DNA of 43,319 nucleotides from Malacoraja senta (Eukaryota), in the NCBI GenBank assembly GCA_038087875.1, contig JAXLNO010001139.1:591-43909 (forward strand), given 5' to 3'. A program made the position numbers and the translations under genes. Under the pieces are notes generated by a model. That model was not told where the DNA came from, searched no databases, and saw nothing but the letters and a program-made list of their open reading frames with translations. This document shows positions 36,560 through 43,319 of the stretch, one piece after another (position 1 is the first letter of the stretch; each line of letters opens with the position of its first letter).

Positions 36560-37148
36560 TAGCTGATATCCAATATTAATATATCCTTTCTTAAATTTGA
36601 GGACCAAGCTGTGCACAGTGCTCCTGATATGTCCTTAGCAACATCATGTACCATAATTACAATAGTAACCTACCTTTGAATGCTAATCACCTTCTGAATT
36701 GTGTGCTGCATCTACCTGCTGGATTTTTGTTTTGCACTGTAAGCACTTGAATCTCTTGTACTCCACTCATTTGCAATTTCACTCCATTTAGATAATAGCT
36801 TCCTTTGAATTGCTCTTACCCGAGTGTGTGAGCACATATTTTCCATTATTAAACTCCATTTGCCATGTTTATGTTCATCTAACAAAGAGTCATAGAGCCA
36901 TATAGCATGGAAGTAGGTACTTCAGCCTAATGCTCCAAGCTGAACAAGATGCTACATTTAGGTTAGTCACATTTGCCAGCGTTTGGCCCACATTCCTCTC
37001 AACATGCTCTATCCATGTACCTGTCCAAGTGTCTTTTCAATGTTGTTATTCTGCCTTCGCTGGCAGCTCATTCCATACACCCAGTAACCTCTTAGTAGAA
37101 AAGGTTGCCTCTCAGGTTCCTACTAAATCTTCCTCCTCACCTTAAACC
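36560..37148 (-). mobile_element. CR1 fragments (degenerate RT region and a 3' tail)
   Basis: gaccaagctgtgcacagtgctcc (FW..C..LE reverse) and a CR1 3' UTR gagtcatagagccatatagcatggaag...caggttcc...tcaccttaaacc. Confidence 0.6.
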
Positions 37149-37753
37149 CAGGGGTGCAGTGCTGCCGGAGCTCACCTGAGCACCGATCCGGCACCTCTGT
37201 TAAAGAAAAAATAAACAGGGTGGAATTTTAACTAGCGGATGTGTGGTCGGGGTAACCTGATTAAAAGAGGGGTAAGGGGAAGATCCATCACTACTGAGGT
37301 TCCCTGTAGGAGGAGGGGAACACTATGATGCAGCAGAGACAGACCATGTGATGTGTGCATCGTTTGTGTTGTGGGCCTGGAGCTGAGCCTGGAACTCTGG
37401 TGGGTGGATGAGTGGGTGGGTGTGTGTGTAGGTGAATGGGTGTGAGGGTGAGAGTGTGTGTGTGTGTGTGTGTGTGTGAAGGCCCAGAGCTGTGGGATAG
37501 TCAGGGCGAGTCGGTGTCTTGCCGGCACCTCTGTAAAAATACATGATAACAGTCTTTTTCTTTACTTGCTTCATAATTATATTTCATGATAATCAGTGAG
37601 TGCAACCGTGCAATATTTTGTCATCATTAAATTAAGTATTATATGTTTTAAAGTACTAGCTATACACTGGGATGTAGTAATAGGCTATAATCTTGTTTGA
37701 CCCTCTAGGGAAACTAGCTTGCCCCCCCCCCAGCAAAATCTGAAATGCCCCTG
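37149..37753. repeat. Possible non-autonomous DNA-transposon remnant with GT-rich interior
   Basis: CAGGGG...CCCCTG ends, internal direct repeat CCGGCACCTCTGT (37188-37200, 37522-37534), (GT)n at ~37453-37478; no TSD. Confidence 0.35.
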
Positions 37754-37969
37754 TTTGACAGCTCCGACACCTAAAAAATTAGCATTGAACACTGCTTAAA
37801 CCTGTTTTTGCTGGTTCTTGATTACCCTACCCTGGGTAAAATAAATCCTGATCAATCGCCCTCATGATTTTAGAAAGCTCTCTAAGCACCAATTAAATGG
37901 TTTCAATTATAGATAGAGTAAGACTTTGTGGTTATTTCCAACAAGAATTTTAGACTAAAGAAAGGCCAG

Positions 37970-38119
37970 TGGAAGTACTTGGTCAAACAGCATCTGTGGA
38001 GGCAAATGACATATACCAACATTTCAAGGCAAGGCACTGCATTAGAATTGAAGGAGAGGATGGGAAGATTCTAACAGTTTGAAGGAGGAATGGGGCAGAG
38101 GCTGGTATGTGGCAGGTGG
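37970..38119 (-). repeat. Degenerate Penelope tail, left flank of DIRS-b (continues at 43161-43319)
   Basis: cagcatctgtggagg...ggcaggtggaat|cagctggggagggg...aaaactttatattcata..aagttacccagg reads as one reverse Penelope 3' region across the DIRS-b insertion. Confidence 0.6.
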
Positions 38120-38626
38120 AATAGTAAGATTAAACGAGAACTTACCAAGTTTGAAGTTTGATCTTTATTTTATGAGGAGTAACGTTGAGGGATTACGTGA
38201 AGAAGCCCCGTCCAGCCGCACACGCGTCAATCTTTCAAAGCAGCGGAGTGACAATCACAGACGATAATTACTGAAGTATGATAGTAAGATGCATAAAGAC
38301 TTAGAACTACCAGCTTGATCCTTTTATGAGGGTGGGAGCGGAGGGCACGTAATCCCTCAACGTTACTCCTCATAAAGTAAAGATCAAACTTCAAACTTGG
38401 TAAGTTCTCGTTTAATCTTACTATTTTACTTCGGAGTCACGTGAGTGACTACGTGAAGATTTCAAAGCTCTGTGATTTCACACCGTGGATTCAAATCCAG
38501 GTGTTCACTGCATCGATTGACTCTATTTGAGTAAGCACAATCAACAATGCATAACCACAACATTTGAATGTAATCAGTTAATGGTTTTATTTATTTTAAT
38601 AAAAGTAACAAAATTAGGCCCATTTA

Positions 38627-39608
38627 TTATAATGGGGGATTTAATACTGTATCCAGCACGGCATTACCAAACCCTCTGAGATCTTTAATCTCCTTATGCT
38701 AATACTTGTGAAACATCTGTTCACTTGCCCATCCTGCGGCTGCGAGAATAAGGTCTATTGTCTGAATCCCTGGCCGCTGATGTTGATGCCCTGGTGGAAT
38801 GAGATTTAAATTTATCAGTATCAATACCTGAATATCTCAACACCTGTTTCAACCATCGTGAAATTGTTTGTGTTGACACTTTCTTATGAGGCTTTTTATG
38901 ACTAATAAAAAATGCCAATTCGGCGCCTCTTAAAACTTTTGTTGTTTCTATGTAACATTTCACATATGTTACTACACACAGTCGTGAATCTGTAGGATAT
39001 GCTAAAAATTCCAACTTGCATCCTGTGAACCCAGGTCTACTTTGCTTCAGTAAATCATAGACATAGAATGTCACGGCATTTTGCCCTACTTTCATTCTAT
39101 CAATTCTGAGTTTCTGTAATGTGTGAACTCTCTGTGCTGAAACTAATGCCATGAGCATAACCAATTTCATGGTAATTTTGGATAATGACAGAGTTTCAAC
39201 TGGATTCCAATTCCTTAGGAACATCAGTAAATCTTTTACATTCCAAATTTCTGTATACCTGGGTCTGGGAGGATTAGAGTTGAAAATTCCTTTCATAAAC
39301 CTACAGACCCAAGGATGTGCTCCAATTGGAGTTTGTTCTGATTCACTGCTTAAATATGCAGAGAGTGCACTTCGTGCAGTATTAATTGCACTATAACTTA
39401 ATTTCAATTCATAGTGTAGAGTTGAAAGAAACTCTATTACATCTGAAATTTCTACTGTGTTATATGCAATATTCTTTCCTGAACAAAACACCTCCCATTT
39501 CTTTATATATGAAATGTAATGCTTCTGGGTACTATTCCTCCAGGCTGCTGTCATAACATCCACCGTACGGTCTGATAATCTTTTTCCAAGATATGGCCTT
39601 CTTAGAAT
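38627..39608 (-). pseudogene. DIRS-b tyrosine recombinase
   Basis: 297-aa open stretch with ALVSAQRVHTL (Arg) and KSHSTRA (HxxR); frameshift after this, and a stop at 38699-38701 in the FHKY*HK segment carrying the expected catalytic Tyr. Confidence 0.93.
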
Positions 39609-40060
39609 CTGCAAATCAACAAACCAATACGATTATGTAAAGGATGTGATTCATTAGTCACAGGGTGTACAAGCAGTTTAATCTGCTTTGGAATAACCAT
39701 AAGGGTTTTGGGTTTTTTCCCCCCATTTTTAACACCAGTGGGTACCATACCTGTGTAGGCCAATCTGGTACTACCAAAATCCCTGAGGCTGAATCTTGTT
39801 TAATTTTCTGTATGCATTTGTGGATTAAACAAAATGGTGGAAACGCATACAGAAACATACCACCCCAATGTAGCGAGAAAGCATCCACCACTACTGCACC
39901 AGGATCAGGTTCCCATGACACATACTTAGGCAACTGGTGGTTCAATCTTGATGCAAACAGATCAATTTCTGGCATTCCAAATTGTGTGATAATTTGTGTG
40001 AATATTTTCCGATTTAACATCCATTCTGTATTATCATTAAATTTATGTGATCTTTTGTCT
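39600..40060 (-). pseudogene. DIRS-b DNA N6-adenine methyltransferase-like domain
   Basis: EIDLFASRLNHQLPKYVSW..DAFSLHW..YAFPPFCLI..VPDWPTQVWY. Confidence 0.88.
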
Positions 40061-40076
40061 GCAATTGTATTAATTT

Positions 40077-41590
40077 TTACCTGGTAAATATTGCTGACAG
40101 CCACATTTTTCTGGCAATACCCCAGGTCCAAATTTCATTTGCCAATTTATCACATGATTCTGATTTTATACCACCCATGTGATTTATGTATGCTACAGCT
40201 GTAGTATTGTCAACCTGTACCTGAACATGCACATTTCCCATATCAGTGCAATAAGCTCTAAGGCCGTAAAATGCGCCTAATAGCTCTAGGTAATTGATTC
40301 CCAGTTTTTCCAGCAAAGGTACTTCATTCACATTCCACCTACCTCCACAGCTGGAAATCATGTTAGTAGCGCCCCAACTCAGCGCACTTACATCAGTCTG
40401 TCGAGTGACGGAAGGTGTTTCTACCAGAACTTTTCTGGAAGCATTAGAAACATTGTTAATCCACCATTCTATTTCTGTAATGGATTGAATTGTTAATTTC
40501 ATGGGCCTATCAAAATGCCCTCTATTCATTTTTAACGCTTGTACCTTAGCTCTCTGTAAACATTGATAATGCAATGGTCCAAACGTGACCGCTGGAAACC
40601 CTGCAATTAATTTGCCTAGCAAGCTTGCCACTTCTCTAATTGAAGATGTGTCCTCGTTAATGAGTTTTATGCAACCTTCAATTAACTGCAGCTTTTTATC
40701 TTTTGGCAAAGTGATTACCATGTGTTCGGAGTTAATTGTGAACCCTAGGTAATCAATCTTTTTGCTTGGTAACAATTTAGATTTTTGTAGGTGAATAATG
40801 AAACCTAATTTCTCAAAATGTATTTGACTGGATACTGACAATTTTGCAGCAGCCAAAGTGTCCCCTACAATGAGGATATCATCTAAATAAGCCATTAATA
40901 CATGGCCCTCAGCTCTTAACAGAGCTAAAATTGGTTTGAGCAATTTAGTGAATAATCTTGGTGCTGAAATCAGACCATTGGGCAATGCTTTAAATTGCCA
41001 TAACTGACTCATCCATCTAAATTTCAAATATCTTTGATCATTACCATGCATTGCCACAGAATAATATGCATTTTGCAGATCTATGCTTGCCTTGTAGCAA
41101 TTCTTTGTGACTAGCTAAATGGCATTAGTAAATGTTTCCATTTTGAAATGTTTCTATTGTACATAAAGGTTAAGATTTGTCAGATCGGAAATGATTCTAC
41201 GTCCACCATCCCTTTTCTAGGAGAATATTCCTAGGAGAATATTTGACACAAACTGATGGTGTTGTTCTACTGACATTTATATCATCCTTTTCTGCATAAC
41301 ATTTTTCAATTCTCCTTTGATCTACCCATTCTCTTCCTTTGAAAAAAATCTGTGACCAGTTTGAATTATGCTGAATTGGAGGATCCAAAAGTGGAGAGAA
41401 CTCAATTTTGAATCCAACAATGCTACATAGAATAAATGAATCATTTGTTATTGATTGCCATTCTTTTAGGAAGAATCGTAACCTTCCCCCTATTTGTGAG
41501 TGTGAAACATTTGTTGTGTTTCTTACCAGACCAAGCCCCCTAACCTCAGGGTTTGCCACCGGCAGTTGTTGTCCCCTTCTAGTAGGCACA
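40077..41590 (-). pseudogene. DIRS-b reverse transcriptase/RNase H
   Basis: GGRLRFFLKEW, FKALPNGLISAPRLFTK, AYLDDILI, DYLGFTI, TDVSALSWGA, INYLELLG, VDNTTAVAYINHMGG; frameshifted upstream of 41057. Confidence 0.93.
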
Positions 41591-41599
41591 TTGTAACCT

Positions 41600-42926
41600 C
41601 CACATATCCTCGGTGCAGCATGTCAACGTGTATACGAGAATGATAGGATTGTTCCTTCTCCAGCACCACATTTCGCCTGTAGGGATACTGCCTTCTCACC
41701 GCTCTGCTCAGCATAGGTGATCCTTTAGTTTCTTTGTTAGATTTTCTCCAAAACAGATTTAGGCATTTGTATATTGGATGGTTTGCAGAGCCTGCATACT
41801 TAGGATGAATATTTGGTCTTATTGCATTTTTATGAATACAATTTATTTCAAAGTGCGCACTACACATGAGTGCTAAGGCATTTTGTTGTGAATACGATAT
41901 ATAACCTTCATCCAAACCACTGACCCCAGAAATTTCAGCACTTGTGTAATTTCAATTCTTGTGAGCGTAAACCACTGCTCAAATTACCCATATCAAGTTT
42001 ATTCACTGCTGTAACTGCTACAATTTCCCGGGTCTCATATTTTTTTTGTCTCATCCATGGTTAATTCCTGGGGCTGATGGGAGAGTAGATAATTTATAGT
42101 CATAGCTATTTCCTCTCTCAAAGATTCCCCTGTTACTCTGGGAACAGCAAAGTTTTGTGCCAGCCTTGGAACATTTGTGGCTCTGATAATGGGCTCTGGT
42201 CCTCATTTAAATCATCATCTAAATTTAAATATTCATTTTTATGTTGGGTAATTTCTGGCTCCCCTGTTTCAGGTAAGTCTCTGCCAGATTCCCCCTGCGC
42301 GGGCTCTCTTGTAGGCCCACGGACAGGCAGCCCTGCTTCAGGTGCTGCTGGCGCTGGCTCAATTCTAGGCCAACGCTTCATTATTTGTACTCTTTATATT
42401 TGTCGGTGCTGGCACATTTATCATTGCACGTTTGTGCTGCCTTTTGTTCAGGCATTTCTAGTACTGGCTCTCCAATAGGCCAACACATAACTTGCCTTTT
42501 TTATGGCATTTTTGGGCACTGGCTCTCCTGTAGGCCAACCTCTTTAATGTTTCTGCACAGGCACTGATGGCTCTCCTGTAGGCCACCCTTGTGCCTGTTC
42601 CAAGGCACCTCCTGTGCTATACTTCATTGGCCAACACCGACTTAAATCCTCCTGTGGGGGTTCTTTACAAATCATCTGCCCCATAAGGAGTTATAACGTT
42701 TTTGACCCTTGCAGTGTAATACTCTTTCCTGCCTCAGGAGGGCATACCTCCGGGTCTGACTCATCCGAGTCTACAGGTCGGGCCGATTTTTGCCTTGCGC
42801 CCGCCCGCGGCGGTTTAACGCACATTCGACCACAACTGGAGTTAATGGCTTCGCTGCCACTGACTCCCCTGACTGACGCCCGCTACCCTTAGGATCTGGG
42901 GTTTTACTACCGACTCTCCTTCCCAT
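41600..42926 (-). pseudogene. DIRS-b gag-like ORF1
   Basis: MGRRVGSKTP...KPLTPVV from ATG 42926; ALALMCSAHFEINCIHKNAIRPNIHPKYAG; frameshifted. Confidence 0.75.
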
Positions 42927-43319
42927 TTCTCCATAATAAACTTGTGTGGAGTTCCATCAAACAAGTCTAAACGGGAAGGAAACGCTCCTGTAAGTGAAAA
43001 GTAACTCACTTACCTTCCGACTTTTGTTTTACTCACCGGCTGGAGGAGCTCCTGCTCCTCCACACACGGTCATGAACGCTATGCGTCTGATCGATAATGA
43101 CGCGTGTGCGGCTGGACGGGGCTTCTTCACGTAGTCACTCACGTGACTCCGAAGTAAAATCAGCTGGGGAGGGGATGATGGGCAGATGGAGCAAAGTTGG
43201 TGTATGGGTGGTCGTGGGAGAACAAATGAACACCAGTGGTATGGATAAGCTGAAATGTGAAAACTTTATATTCATATAAAGTTACCCAGGTGGATTATCA
43301 GATATTTTACTTAAAACTT

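Larger units (their letters stand above)
38120..43160 (-). mobile_element. DIRS1-like tyrosine-recombinase retrotransposon, complete (DIRS-b)
   Basis: 36-bp ITRs (38194-38229 / 43098-43133), right extension 38120-38199, ICR 38346-38459, ATT at both ends; gag, RT/RH, MT and YR ORFs. Confidence 0.96.

Noticed and set aside
37149-37753. Intact hAT MITE
   Set aside because: The TIR match is only 6 bp and the 8-bp flanks (CTTAAACC versus TTTGACAG) are not duplicated.
38627-41590. Phage-like integrase plus Dam-like methylase plus RT read as a prokaryotic or novel defence system
   Set aside because: The ITR/ICR architecture, gene order and eukaryotic flanks fit a standard DIRS1 retrotransposon.

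Overview
Eukaryotic, repeat-saturated genomic DNA, inferred to be from a cartilaginous fish (probably a skate or ray) from its HE1/V-SINE, CR1, Rex1/Babar, L1, Penelope and DIRS repeats and a shark-like MHC Ig domain. The only host gene I can support is the 3' half of a + strand nonclassical MHC class I-like gene: an alpha3 Ig-C1 exon (11161-11427), a transmembrane exon (14117-14224) and a candidate terminal cytoplasmic exon (36130-36170). Joined in phase, these give a tail ...WRKKRR-D-YQNI-QPKQNVHC*, whose YQNI motif matches the human CD1b lysosomal sorting motif, and the alpha3 domain also has CD1-like features. The predicted last intron (~22 kb) holds a nested stack of about 17 kb: a decayed minus-strand L1 next to a CR1 3' end, with a complete DIRS1 element in its 3' UTR and a full-length younger L1 (16-bp TSD) in its ORF2. 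A second complete DIRS1 lies at 38120-43160. The rest is hAT, Penelope, RTE, CR1, Rex1 and SINE debris, a solo LTR, and five copies of a non-autonomous retroelement family with structurally conserved 3' hairpins. No alpha1/alpha2 exons were found in the 11 kb upstream. Family names are by recognition of motifs, not database search, and most repeat boundaries are approximate.
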